DNA of 64,000 nt from Sphingomonadales bacterium (GTDB lineage Bacteria; Pseudomonadota; Alphaproteobacteria; Sphingomonadales; Sphingomonadaceae), in the NCBI GenBank assembly GCA_038328515.1, contig JBBQMB010000001.1, positions 2,044 to 66,043 of the forward strand, given 5' to 3'. The notes under the pieces are model-generated. The model was not told the origin of the DNA, made no database searches, and was given only the letters and a program-made list of their open reading frames with translations. A program made the translations under genes and the position numbers. This document shows positions 1 to 10,328 of the stretch, one piece after another. The stretch's first letter is position 1. Each line of letters starts with the position of its first letter.

Positions 1-1635
1 TCGCGATTGGTTGTCATCGATGCGCGCGGCGCCCTGGCTCAGGGTCTGGCTGCGGCTCGGTCGCTGGGGGCTGTCGTCAAGGGACGCCAGGGCGCCATGC
101 TGGTGTTGCTGTCGCGCGGCGATGGTCATGCCGCAAGTGCCGCGCATGATGCCGGTGCAACATCGGTATTGGTCAGCCCGTTCGGCAGTGCGACTTTTGC
201 CGATGCGTTGCGGCTGGCGGTTCGTCATGCCGAGCGATTGTCCGAAGCTGCAGTGACGCTGGATGATGGCGATGGCTATCCGGCAGCAACCCGGCCGCGC
301 CATGACGAGATGACGGGGCTGGCGACCGGTGACCAGTTGCAGGCATGGATCAACGCCGCTGTGCAGGACAGGGATGCGGCGCAGCCGGTTTTCATAATGG
401 CCGTCGGTATCGTACGTTTTGCGCAGATCAACGCGGCCTATGGCCGGGCGGTGGCCGACCGCGTGCTGGCGGCTGTGGCGCAGCGGTTGGGCCAGGCCGT
501 CGATGCGCGCAGCCCGGCGCGCGACCTGACCGAACAGCGCATGCTGGCCAGGCTGGCGGCGGCCGAATTTGCCGTGGGTGTGGCCGGGCCCGTGACGCTG
601 CCCGCCGTCCGGCGGCTGGCCGAGGCCTTGTCACTGCGCTTCAAATCGCCGTTCGTGGTCGATGAATATGTCATCCATCTGTCGGTTCGGATCGGCATTG
701 CCGGTTGCTTGCCCGGGCAGGAGCCGGATTGCGAGGGTGATGCCGCCAGCCTGATCCGCCAGGCCAGTTCCGCACTGGCGCTGGCGCGCGCTGGCGACGC
801 CGGGGCGATCGAGATATTCCAAAGCGATCCGGCAGGGGACCCGTTGACCCGGCTGGCCGATCTCGAATCCGATTTGCACCAGGCCATCGAAAGCGACAAT
901 ATCGCCGTATTGTTCCAGCCGCAGTTGGCGCTGGCGAACAACCAGATCGCGGGGGTGGAGGCGCTGGTGCGCTGGGAACACCCGACGCTGGGGCTGTTGC
1001 CGGCAGAAACGTTGCTCGGCACGGCGGCGACGGCAGAACTGGCGATAAAGCTGGGCCGGCACATTCGTGCCCGGGCGATGCGCAGCGCGGCGAACTGGCG
1101 TGGATCGGCCGAACGGCTGCGCCTGTCGGTCAATGTTACGGCGGCTGATCTTGCCGATCCGGGTTTTGCCGATGCGCTGGAAATGGCGCGTGTCGCTGCC
1201 GCCCTGCCGCGCAACCGGCTGACGCTGGAGGTGACCGAAGGGGCCTTCATCACCGATATCCATGGCGCCGTCGAACTGCTGGCAAAGCTGCGAACCGCCG
1301 GCATCAAGATCGCGCTCGATGATTTTGGCACCGGCTATTCGTCGCTGGCCTGGATGGCGCGGTTGCCGGTCGATATCATCAAACTCGATCGCAGTTTCAC
1401 CCTCGGGTTGACGGGATCGCCGCGCGAGCGGGTGGTCGTTGAAACCATGGTGCGATTATCGAAACAACTCGGCATGACGGTGATTGCCGAAGGTGTTGAG
1501 GATGATATCCAGCTCGACGCGGCGCGGCTGGCCGGGTGCGACGCCGTGCAAGGCTTTCGTGTCGCTGCCGCCATGCGGGTCAATCTGCTCGAAAGTTTTT
1601 GTGACGAGTGGCTGAGCAGCCGGAACGAGGCATGA
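1..1635 (+). CDS. GGDEF-EAL domain protein, likely a c-di-GMP phosphodiesterase with a degenerate GGDEF motif; 5' end runs off the window
   Basis: The frame is open to position 1, and the track start at 7 is a TTG. EAL motifs are present: EALVRW, DDFGTGYSSL, KLDRSF, EGVE and QGF. The GGDEF position reads AAAEF, so the cyclase half looks inactive. Confidence 0.85.
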   Translation, partial: SRLVVIDARGALAQGLAAARSLGAVVKGRQGAMLVLLSRGDGHAASAAHDAGATSVLVSPFGSATFADALRLAVRHAERLSEAAVTLDDGDGYPAATRPRHDEMTGLATGDQLQAWINAAVQDRDAAQPVFIMAVGIVRFAQINAAYGRAVADRVLAAVAQRLGQAVDARSPARDLTEQRMLARLAAAEFAVGVAGPVTLPAVRRLAEALSLRFKSPFVVDEYVIHLSVRIGIAGCLPGQEPDCEGDAASLIRQASSALALARAGDAGAIEIFQSDPAGDPLTRLADLESDLHQAIESDNIAVLFQPQLALANNQIAGVEALVRWEHPTLGLLPAETLLGTAATAELAIKLGRHIRARAMRSAANWRGSAERLRLSVNVTAADLADPGFADALEMARVAAALPRNRLTLEVTEGAFITDIHGAVELLAKLRTAGIKIALDDFGTGYSSLAWMARLPVDIIKLDRSFTLGLTGSPRERVVVETMVRLSKQLGMTVIAEGVEDDIQLDAARLAGCDAVQGFRVAAAMRVNLLESFCDEWLSSRNEA

Positions 1636-2552
1636 TGTCAACGCCGGACGGGATGGTCGCGATCGCCGGCGGCCGCTTTCGCATGGGCAGCGACACCGGC
1701 TACCCTGAGGAAGCGCCCGCGCATGCCGTCGACATCGATGGCTTTTGCATCGATGCACGCGCGGTGACCAACGCCCAATATGCCGCCTTTGTCGCGGCGA
1801 CCGGCCATGTAACGCTTGCCGAGACCGTGCCTGATGCGGCGGATTACCCCGGCGCGAGGCCCGAAATGTTGTTCGCCGGCAGCCTGGTTTTCACGAAAAC
1901 CAAAAGGCCGGTCGATACGCGTGATTGGTCGCAGTGGTGGCGGTTGGTGCCCGGCGCTGACTGGCGGCACCCCTATGGCCCCGATTCCGACCTTGCCGGG
2001 TTGGAGGATCATCCCGTCGTGCACGTCGCCTATGGCGATGCCCTCGCCTATGCGCGCTGGGCGGGCAAGGAATTGCCGACCGAGGCCGAGTTCGAATATG
2101 CGGCCCGCGGCGGGCTGGAGGGGGCAACCTACGCCTGGGGGGAGGTTTTCCGGCCCGGCGGCAGGCACATGGCCAATAGCTGGCAGGGCCGGTTTCCGTA
2201 TCAGAACAGCCGGGAAGACGGCTGGGAAGCCACGGCGCCGGTCGGGTCGTTCCCGCCCAATGGCTATGGGCTGTTCGATATGATCGGCAATGTCTGGGAA
2301 TGGACGCAGGACTGGTATCAGGCGTGTCATGTTGCCGATGCTGGCAAAGCCTGTTGCGTGCCCAGCAACCCGCGCGGCCCGGCGGCCGGGACAATGGACC
2401 CGGCGGCACCTATCCAGCAAAAAGTGCTGAAAGGCGGCAGCTTTCTATGCGCCCCCAGCTATTGTCAGCGCTATCGCCCCGCCGCGCGTCATGCCGAATC
2501 GATCGATACCTCGACGTGCCACATCGGCTTTCGCTGCGTCGTGCGGAGCTAG
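1632..2552 (+). CDS. Formylglycine-generating enzyme (FGE-sulfatase/SUMF1) family protein
   Basis: Family-typical motifs are present: GGRFRMGSD, GNVWEWTQDWY and KGGSFLCAPSYCQRYRPAAR. The ATG at 1632 overlaps the upstream stop as ATGA. The track start at 1608 is a GTG. Confidence 0.8.
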   Translation: MMSTPDGMVAIAGGRFRMGSDTGYPEEAPAHAVDIDGFCIDARAVTNAQYAAFVAATGHVTLAETVPDAADYPGARPEMLFAGSLVFTKTKRPVDTRDWSQWWRLVPGADWRHPYGPDSDLAGLEDHPVVHVAYGDALAYARWAGKELPTEAEFEYAARGGLEGATYAWGEVFRPGGRHMANSWQGRFPYQNSREDGWEATAPVGSFPPNGYGLFDMIGNVWEWTQDWYQACHVADAGKACCVPSNPRGPAAGTMDPAAPIQQKVLKGGSFLCAPSYCQRYRPAARHAESIDTSTCHIGFRCVVRS

Positions 2553-2553
2553 G

Positions 2554-4476
2554 CTATTTGAGCAGGGTCTGATCCCAAAAGGTCAGTGTCGCCAGAAATT
2601 CATAATCGCGGTTTTCTTTCTTGCGAAAGCCATGGCCTTCGTTGCTGGCGAGAATATGCCAGGCCTGGCCGCCGTTCTTGCGCACGGCATCGACCATCTG
2701 GCTCGCTTCTGACGCCGGCACCCGCGGATCATTGCCGCCGGTGACCACCAGCAGCGGGATTTTCAGTTCGCTGGCGCGGGTCAGCGGCGAGATTTCGGCA
2801 AGTTTGAGCCGCTGGCCGGGGTTGCGTTCATCACCATATTCGACGCGGCGCAGGTCGCGCCGGTAGCCTTGGGTGTTTTCGAGGAAGGTGACGAAGTTGG
2901 AAATGGCGACAATGCACACCGCGCTGCGCAGTCGGTCGCCGAACCGGATGGCCGCAGCGTAGCACATATAGCCGCCATAGCTGCCGCCAGTTACGGCGAT
3001 GCGCGCCGCGTCGATATCGGCGCGGGCGGCAAGGGCATCGAGGAAGGCGCCGATGTCCTTGACCGAATCTTCGCGTTTGTAGGGGCCATTGTCGAGCGCC
3101 ACAAAGCGTTTGCCATAGCCGGTTGAGCCGCGAACATTGGGGTAAAAGACCGCGAGCCCAAGTTCGTTGACGAGATAGTTGTCGGTGCCAAGATAACCCG
3201 GTTGTGACTGGCCTTCGGGGCCGCCATGGATATCGATGATGAGCGGGCGTTTGCCGGGGAATTTCGCTGGGTCGGGGCGGGTCAGGAAACCCGAAACCGT
3301 CAGGCCGTCGAAGGATTTGACCGTGACAAGTTCGGCTTCGCGGTTGCGCGCCGGATCAAGCCCGCCGGTTTCGGAAAAGCTCCAGCGCGTCGCGGCAAGC
3401 GTCCTGGGGTCGACACTCCATGCATCGGCTGGCGATGTCGCGCTGGTCAGGGTGAAACCGATATCCCCCCAGGGCGCAATTTCAATCCCGCCGACGATGC
3501 CGACCGGCAGCTTGGGCTTGCCGGTGATGGCGCCGGTGCGGGGGTCGACCAGATAAAGCGTGCTGATGCCCGCTTCGTTGCGGATGACGGCGATGAAGCT
3601 GCCATCATCGGCGATATCGAATTCATCGACATCCCAGATGGTCGGGCCGGCGACGAGCTGTTTGAAACCGTCACGCGCACTGATGGTGCCGAGCCGTTGA
3701 AAATCATTGCCGACATCGGCGGTCACATAAATCGTGCCATCGGCGGCGTATTTGGCGCCATTATAGCTGGCATAGGCGCCCGGGCGGTTGAGCCGCGTCA
3801 GGATGCCGGTGCCAAGATCGATGGTGTAGAGATCGGATTTTTCCACCGATTGCCGGTTGCTGACGATCGCGGCCTTGCCGTCGGGCGCAAAGTCTTCAAA
3901 GCGCCAGCCGCCGCCTTGCAATTCGACCAGCCGACGATCCGATGCCGGATCGGCGGGATTGATAAGATAAAGGTCGCTGTCGGTGCCGTTGCGCCGCGAC
4001 GAGCTGTAGCCGATGGTCTGGCCATCCTTTGACCAGACGGCGCCGGTGTTGCGGCTCTTGCCATCGGTGAGCAGCCGCAATCGGCCATCGGCAAGGCTGT
4101 AGAGCTGGAAGAATTCATTGCCGCCGATATCCTTGCCGACCAGCAATGTCTTGCCGTCGGGCGAATAGCTGCCACCGGGCACCGGTTCGGCTTCGAAACT
4201 GATCTGGGTGCGGGTTGCGCCCGGCTTTGCCAGCGTGTGCAACTGCTGGACATTGCCGAAACGGGTGGTGATCAGCATGGCATGCGAAACCGGATCCCAG
4301 CCCTGAAAGGCGGCATAACGGTTTTCCGTATAGGGGCGAATGCGGTCGGCAAGCGCTGCCGGGATGGCGGGAACGCCATCGGCCGTAATGGCGGCGGGGA
4401 CGCCAAATGTTTGCGCAGCTGCCGGCGACACGGTGACAACGGCAAACAGCAGGGAAAGCAAGGCAGGGCGCATCAC
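2554..4476 (-). CDS. S9 family (prolyl oligopeptidase-type) serine peptidase with an N-terminal beta-propeller
   Basis: There is a signal peptide (MMRPALLSLLFAVVTVSPAAAQ). TolB-like repeats (SPDGK, APDGK, ADDGS) precede a C-terminal alpha/beta hydrolase with a GGSYGG nucleophile elbow. GAGG lies upstream of the ATG. Confidence 0.85.
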   Translation of the reverse strand: MMRPALLSLLFAVVTVSPAAAQTFGVPAAITADGVPAIPAALADRIRPYTENRYAAFQGWDPVSHAMLITTRFGNVQQLHTLAKPGATRTQISFEAEPVPGGSYSPDGKTLLVGKDIGGNEFFQLYSLADGRLRLLTDGKSRNTGAVWSKDGQTIGYSSSRRNGTDSDLYLINPADPASDRRLVELQGGGWRFEDFAPDGKAAIVSNRQSVEKSDLYTIDLGTGILTRLNRPGAYASYNGAKYAADGTIYVTADVGNDFQRLGTISARDGFKQLVAGPTIWDVDEFDIADDGSFIAVIRNEAGISTLYLVDPRTGAITGKPKLPVGIVGGIEIAPWGDIGFTLTSATSPADAWSVDPRTLAATRWSFSETGGLDPARNREAELVTVKSFDGLTVSGFLTRPDPAKFPGKRPLIIDIHGGPEGQSQPGYLGTDNYLVNELGLAVFYPNVRGSTGYGKRFVALDNGPYKREDSVKDIGAFLDALAARADIDAARIAVTGGSYGGYMCYAAAIRFGDRLRSAVCIVAISNFVTFLENTQGYRRDLRRVEYGDERNPGQRLKLAEISPLTRASELKIPLLVVTGGNDPRVPASEASQMVDAVRKNGGQAWHILASNEGHGFRKKENRDYEFLATLTFWDQTLLK

Positions 4477-4613
4477 GACCTCATGACAAAGCGAATCTGC
4501 CGACGTTAGTCGATGCGTGATTTCTCACAAGACCCAAGGCTGACTCTGGGTGTTGGACGAAACATTACATCCGGGTTAGATACCGGCGCTGTTGCAACGA
4601 CAAAAGGGCAAAT

Positions 4614-6224
4614 ATGTCGGACCAGAACAACCCCGATGGCAATGTCGGTGCCGTATCGGGCGCATTTGCCAGTTGGCGTTCGGACTTGCCGGCTTCGATC
4701 GTGGTGGCGCTGGTCGCCTTGCCGTTATGCCTCGGGGTGGCGCTGGCGTCGGGCGCGCCGCTGTTCGCCGGGTTGATCGCCGGTATTGTCGGCGGCATCA
4801 TTGTCGGCGCCATCAGCCGATCACCGTTGTCGGTCAGCGGCCCGGCCGCCGGACTTACGGCCATTGTTTTTGCTGCGATCGAAAAGCTGCCGAGTTATGA
4901 TGCGTTTCTGCTCGCCGTCTGCCTTGCCGGCGCCATCCAGATCGGCTTTTCGCTGACCCGGGGCGGGGTGCTCGCCGAATTCGTGCCATCGTCGGTCATC
5001 ACCGGCATGCTGGCGGCTATCGGCCTGATCCTGATCCTCAAGCAATTGCCGCATGCGGTCGGTTATGATGGCGACCCTGAAGGCGATTTCAGCTTTTTTC
5101 AACCTGATGGCGGCAATACGCTTTCGGCACTGGCAAATCTGTTGCGCAACGATATCGTCTGGGGTGCCGCGATCATTGCCGGGGTCAGCCTGTTGTTCCT
5201 GTTCTGGTGGGACAAGGCGCGGCCCAAACAGGGTCCGTTGCGGTTGCTGCCCGGGCCGCTGGTGGTCGTTGCCTTTGGCATTGCGGCCAATGCCGTGTTT
5301 CAGGTCGCGGCGCCGGGGCTGGTGGTGGCACCGTCGCACCTCGTCAATGTCCCGGTTTCGGCATCGCCGGCGGCATTTTTCGCGCTGTTTCGGCTGCCCG
5401 ATTTTGGCGCGGTCACCAATGGCAGTGTCTGGACCGTGGCATTGACCCTGGCTATCGTCGCGAGCCTTGAATCGCTGCTCAGCGTCAAGGCTGTCGATGC
5501 GCTCGATCCCAAGCGCCGCGTTACCGACAAGAACCGCGAACTGTTGGCGCAAGGGGTCGGCAACATGGTGTCGGGGCTCGTCGGCGGCATTCCGGTGACC
5601 TCGGTCATCGTGCGCAGTTCCGCCAATGTCGAGGCTGGCGCTGATTCGCGGCTGGCCACCATGCTGCATGGCGCCTGGCTGCTGGGCAGCATTGCGCTCA
5701 TTCCTTTCGTGCTCAATCTGATCCCGCTGTCGGCGCTGGCGGCGGTGCTGATCGCCACCGGCTACAAGCTGGCCAAGCCGAAACTGTTTCTTGAACGCTG
5801 GGCACAAGGCATGACGCAGTTCATTCCGTTTGTGGTGACGGTTGTCGCCATCCTGCTCAGCGACCTGTTGATCGGCATCATGATCGGGCTGCTGGTTGGC
5901 CTTGGCTTTGTGATCTGGCGCAGCCTTGCCGATGTCATAACCTATGTCGAAACGGCGGAATCGGTCATGGTGCGGGCGCGCCGCAACCTGTATTTCATTC
6001 ACAAACCGCAGTTGCAGGCAGCGCTGGCGCGGGTCCCGGCCGGCCATACCGTGTTGATCGACTTGTCGAACACCAATTTTGTCGATCTCGACAATATCGA
6101 CATCATCAATGATTTTGTGAAAAGTGCAGCGTTCCGCAACCTGCAAGTGGTCATCAAGGGTGATCCGCGCGGACGGCTGGCGCCGCTGATCAATGCGCCG
6201 GTGACGCGGGCGCGAGCGACATGA
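4614..6224 (+). CDS. SulP family inorganic anion transporter with a C-terminal STAS domain
   Basis: The protein is 536 aa and polytopic. SulP-type N-terminal segments are present (VVALVALPLCLGVALASGAP, GIVGGIIVG). The soluble C-terminal STAS-like tail contains HTVLIDLSNTNFVDLD. Confidence 0.9.
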   Translation: MSDQNNPDGNVGAVSGAFASWRSDLPASIVVALVALPLCLGVALASGAPLFAGLIAGIVGGIIVGAISRSPLSVSGPAAGLTAIVFAAIEKLPSYDAFLLAVCLAGAIQIGFSLTRGGVLAEFVPSSVITGMLAAIGLILILKQLPHAVGYDGDPEGDFSFFQPDGGNTLSALANLLRNDIVWGAAIIAGVSLLFLFWWDKARPKQGPLRLLPGPLVVVAFGIAANAVFQVAAPGLVVAPSHLVNVPVSASPAAFFALFRLPDFGAVTNGSVWTVALTLAIVASLESLLSVKAVDALDPKRRVTDKNRELLAQGVGNMVSGLVGGIPVTSVIVRSSANVEAGADSRLATMLHGAWLLGSIALIPFVLNLIPLSALAAVLIATGYKLAKPKLFLERWAQGMTQFIPFVVTVVAILLSDLLIGIMIGLLVGLGFVIWRSLADVITYVETAESVMVRARRNLYFIHKPQLQAALARVPAGHTVLIDLSNTNFVDLDNIDIINDFVKSAAFRNLQVVIKGDPRGRLAPLINAPVTRARAT

Positions 6225-6234
6225 GGATAATCCG

Positions 6235-6876
6235 ATGCATGAAGTAACCCAGTTGATGCTGCATAACCGAGCCTGGGCGGCCGAGCAGCTTGCCGAAGAC
6301 CCTGATTTTTTCTCGCGGCATGTCGCCGATCAGAAACCGGTGTTCCTGTGGATTGGTTGTTCCGACAGCCGGGTCGCGCCTGACCAGTTCAGCCAGGCCT
6401 TGCCCGGCGGCTTGTTCATCCATCGCAACATCGCCAATCTGGTGCGCCCCGATGATCCCAATCTGATGGCGGTGATCGATTTTGCCATCGGCACGCTGGA
6501 GATCGACCGCATTGTCGTGTGCGGTCATTATGGCTGTGGCGGCATCAAGGCGGCGCTGGGCGGGATTCCGGCGACGACACCATTGGGCAATTGGCTGGCC
6601 CATGCCCGTGAGGTTTATGACGACCATGCGGCCGAAATCGATGCCCAGCCCGGTGTCGAGGCGCAGCAGAATCGCTTTGTCGAATGCAATGTGCGCGACC
6701 AGTTGCTGCATGTTGCCGCCACGGCGCCGGTGCGCGCCGCCTGGGCGGCCGGGCGTGACCTGCGGTTGCACGGCTGGGTTTATGATCTGCGCGACGGCTT
6801 GCTGGCGGATTTGCTCGAAATCGATGCCACCACGGCGCTCGATACGGTCTCGCTGCCCCAACGGGCGCTGGTTTGA
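6235..6876 (+). CDS. Beta-class carbonic anhydrase
   Basis: Zinc-ligand motifs CSDSRV and HYGCGG are present, and the length (213 aa) fits. A GAGGA Shine-Dalgarno lies upstream. The gene starts 11 nt after the SulP stop. Confidence 0.9.
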   Translation: MHEVTQLMLHNRAWAAEQLAEDPDFFSRHVADQKPVFLWIGCSDSRVAPDQFSQALPGGLFIHRNIANLVRPDDPNLMAVIDFAIGTLEIDRIVVCGHYGCGGIKAALGGIPATTPLGNWLAHAREVYDDHAAEIDAQPGVEAQQNRFVECNVRDQLLHVAATAPVRAAWAAGRDLRLHGWVYDLRDGLLADLLEIDATTALDTVSLPQRALV

Positions 6877-8184
<1,308 letters not shown>

Positions 8185-8208
8185 GCGCGTTTTTCAGTAA
8201 AATGGACT

Positions 8209-8236
8209 TGTCATGCCAGCGCAGGCTGGCATGACA
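8209..8236. repeat. Perfect 12-bp-stem palindrome TGTCATGCCAGC-GCAG-GCTGGCATGACA downstream of the aminotransferase gene
   Basis: Read directly from the sequence, 25 nt after the stop at 8184. There is no T-run, so it is probably a REP-like hairpin rather than a classical intrinsic terminator. It shares its TGTCAT/ATGACA ends with the other palindromic repeats in this window. Confidence 0.6.
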
Positions 8237-8276
8237 GGTGACGTAAATTTGGACTGTTGGAAAAAGGCGACCGGAC

Positions 8277-8951
8277 ATGGAATTCGATGACGTCATTCTC
8301 GGGCGCCGCAGCATCCGCGGCTACAAGCCCGACCCGGTGCCGCGCGCGCTGATCGAGGAAATTCTGGCGCTCGCCATGCGCGCGCCATCATCGATGAACA
8401 CCCAGCCGTGGAATTTCACCGTGCTGACCGGCGAACCGCTCGACCGGATTCGCGCTGGCAATACCGAACGCAACATGGCCGGCGTACCGCACAGCCGCGA
8501 GTTCCGCACCGGCGTGGCCTTTGCCGGGGTGCATCGTGACCGGCAAGTCGGCGTCGCCAAGCAATTGTTCGCCGCAATGGGGATCGCGCGTGATGATATG
8601 GCGATGCGCCAGGATTGGGTGCTGCGCGGCTTTCGCCAGTTCGATGCGCCGGTGTGCGTCATCATCACCTATGATCGCGCCGTCGATGGCAGCGATGATA
8701 CGCCGTTCGATTGCGGCGCTGTGGCGACGGCGCTGGTCAACGCCGCCTGGTCGCGCGGGCTGGGCGCGGTCATCAATTCGCAAGGCATCATGCAATCGCC
8801 GGTGGTGCGCGAACATGCCGGGATTGCCGATGACCAGGTAATCATGAAAAGCATCGCGATCGGCTGGCCCGACGAAAGCTTCCCCGCCAATGCCGTGGTT
8901 TCGGTCCGCAAGTCGGTCGCCGAGGCGACGCGGTTCGTGGGGTTCGATTAA
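8277..8951 (+). CDS. Nitroreductase family protein
   Basis: The N-terminus RRSIRGYKPDPVP...APSSMNTQPW is typical of the FMN nitroreductase fold. The protein is 224 aa. Confidence 0.85.
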   Translation: MEFDDVILGRRSIRGYKPDPVPRALIEEILALAMRAPSSMNTQPWNFTVLTGEPLDRIRAGNTERNMAGVPHSREFRTGVAFAGVHRDRQVGVAKQLFAAMGIARDDMAMRQDWVLRGFRQFDAPVCVIITYDRAVDGSDDTPFDCGAVATALVNAAWSRGLGAVINSQGIMQSPVVREHAGIADDQVIMKSIAIGWPDESFPANAVVSVRKSVAEATRFVGFD

Positions 8952-8963
8952 AGAGATTCCCCT

Positions 8964-9039
8964 GTCATCCCGGGCTTGACCCGGGACCTAGTTGCACTTG
9001 GGGCCAGAAAAGCTGGGTCCCGGGTCAAGCCCGGGATGA
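8964..9039. repeat. REP/MITE-like inverted repeat element (GTCATCCCGGGCTTGACCCGGGACC ... GGTCCCGGGTCAAGCCCGGGATGA)
   Basis: It has arms of about 27 bp in inverted orientation. Each arm also contains a CCCGGG-N5-CCCGGG sub-palindrome. A near-identical copy lies at 42674-42761. Confidence 0.8.
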
Positions 9040-9064
9040 AAAGAGTGCGTGAAATGAACCGCCG

Positions 9065-10273
9065 CTACAGCGCCACCGTCACCGCATGAATGGCAAGGCC
9101 GACCGTGCCGCCGATGATCGTGCCGTTGATGCGGATGAATTGCAGATCGCGACCGACGGCTGTTTCCAGCTTTTCGGTGACGGTCGAGGCGTCCCATTGG
9201 CGGACCGTGTCGGAGACCAGGCTTACGATCTGGTCGCCATAATCATTGACCAGGCCCACCGCAGCGCGGCGCAAATGCAGGTTGATCGCGGCGCGCAGCG
9301 GCGCATCTTCGAGCAAGCGCCGGCCAAGTGCCTTCAAGGCCTCGCCAAAGCGGCCGGATCGCGCCTCGCCGGGGCTATTCAGGCTTTTGACCAAAGCAGC
9401 ACGGGCTTCATCCCATAGGCCCGATAGCCATTGCCCCATTGCCGGATTGGCGATCAGATCATCCTTGAAACCTTCGACCGTCGCTTGATTTTCGGGAAAA
9501 TTGCGCAAATCAAAAGCATAGGTGCGCAGGCTTTCCTCGATGCGCAGGCGCAGCGGGTGGCGCGGATCATCGCCCATTTCCCACAACAGCCGGCGCAGCC
9601 CGGCGATCAGCGACGATGATACGCTGGTATCGACATTCACCATGCGCAACAGCCAGTTGGTTTTTTCGGTCACCATGCCGCGAATGGTCGATTCCTGGTC
9701 ATCCAGCGTGCGCAGCGACCAGGCGATAGCGGTGTCGATCAAGGGTTCGTGGCGGCGCTTGTCGAGTGTGGCTTCGATGCCCGAGGCGAGGATCGGGGAA
9801 AGTTGCAAACCACGCAATTTCTCTGATGCGGTATCGCGGACAAGATCGCCCACCGCCTGCTGGTCAAGGGCCTCGATAATCCGCGCTATGAGCGGGCCAA
9901 AGCCGCGCTTGTCGCGCCTTGCCGTGACCGGGCGATCGCTGGCCAGCCAGTGCGCCGCGGCGGCCGCCATGTCGAAATCCTCCAACCGCCGGGCAACGAC
10001 ACCCGGTGTAAGGAAATTATCCTTCAAAAAGCTCGCCAGGCTGTCACCGATGCGATCCTTGTTCGCCGGAATGATCGCGGTATGCGGGATCGGCAGGCCG
10101 AGCGGATGGCGGAACAGCGCCGTTACGGCAAACCAGTCAGCCAGGCCGCCGACCATGGCCGCTTCGGCAAATGCCTTTACCCAGGGCAGGCCAGGGTGGG
10201 CGGATTGAAACACAGTGGCCGCCGCAAAGACACCGGCCATTGCCAGCAAAAGCAACGTCGCTGCCAGCCGCAT
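9065..10273 (-). CDS. DUF445 (YjiN-like) membrane protein
   Basis: The motif ALFRHPLGLPIPHTAIIPANKDRIGDSLASFLKDNFL matches my memory of DUF445. The first ATG that clears the upstream RND stop is 10273. The longer track ORF, which runs to 10408, overlaps the RND gene. Confidence 0.7.
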   Translation of the reverse strand: MRLAATLLLLAMAGVFAAATVFQSAHPGLPWVKAFAEAAMVGGLADWFAVTALFRHPLGLPIPHTAIIPANKDRIGDSLASFLKDNFLTPGVVARRLEDFDMAAAAAHWLASDRPVTARRDKRGFGPLIARIIEALDQQAVGDLVRDTASEKLRGLQLSPILASGIEATLDKRRHEPLIDTAIAWSLRTLDDQESTIRGMVTEKTNWLLRMVNVDTSVSSSLIAGLRRLLWEMGDDPRHPLRLRIEESLRTYAFDLRNFPENQATVEGFKDDLIANPAMGQWLSGLWDEARAALVKSLNSPGEARSGRFGEALKALGRRLLEDAPLRAAINLHLRRAAVGLVNDYGDQIVSLVSDTVRQWDASTVTEKLETAVGRDLQFIRINGTIIGGTVGLAIHAVTVAL

Positions 10274-10328
10274 CCGGTGGAACGGCGTTGCCGGCAGTTC
10301 AAAGGGTTTGAACAGTCGCAGTTGGGAT

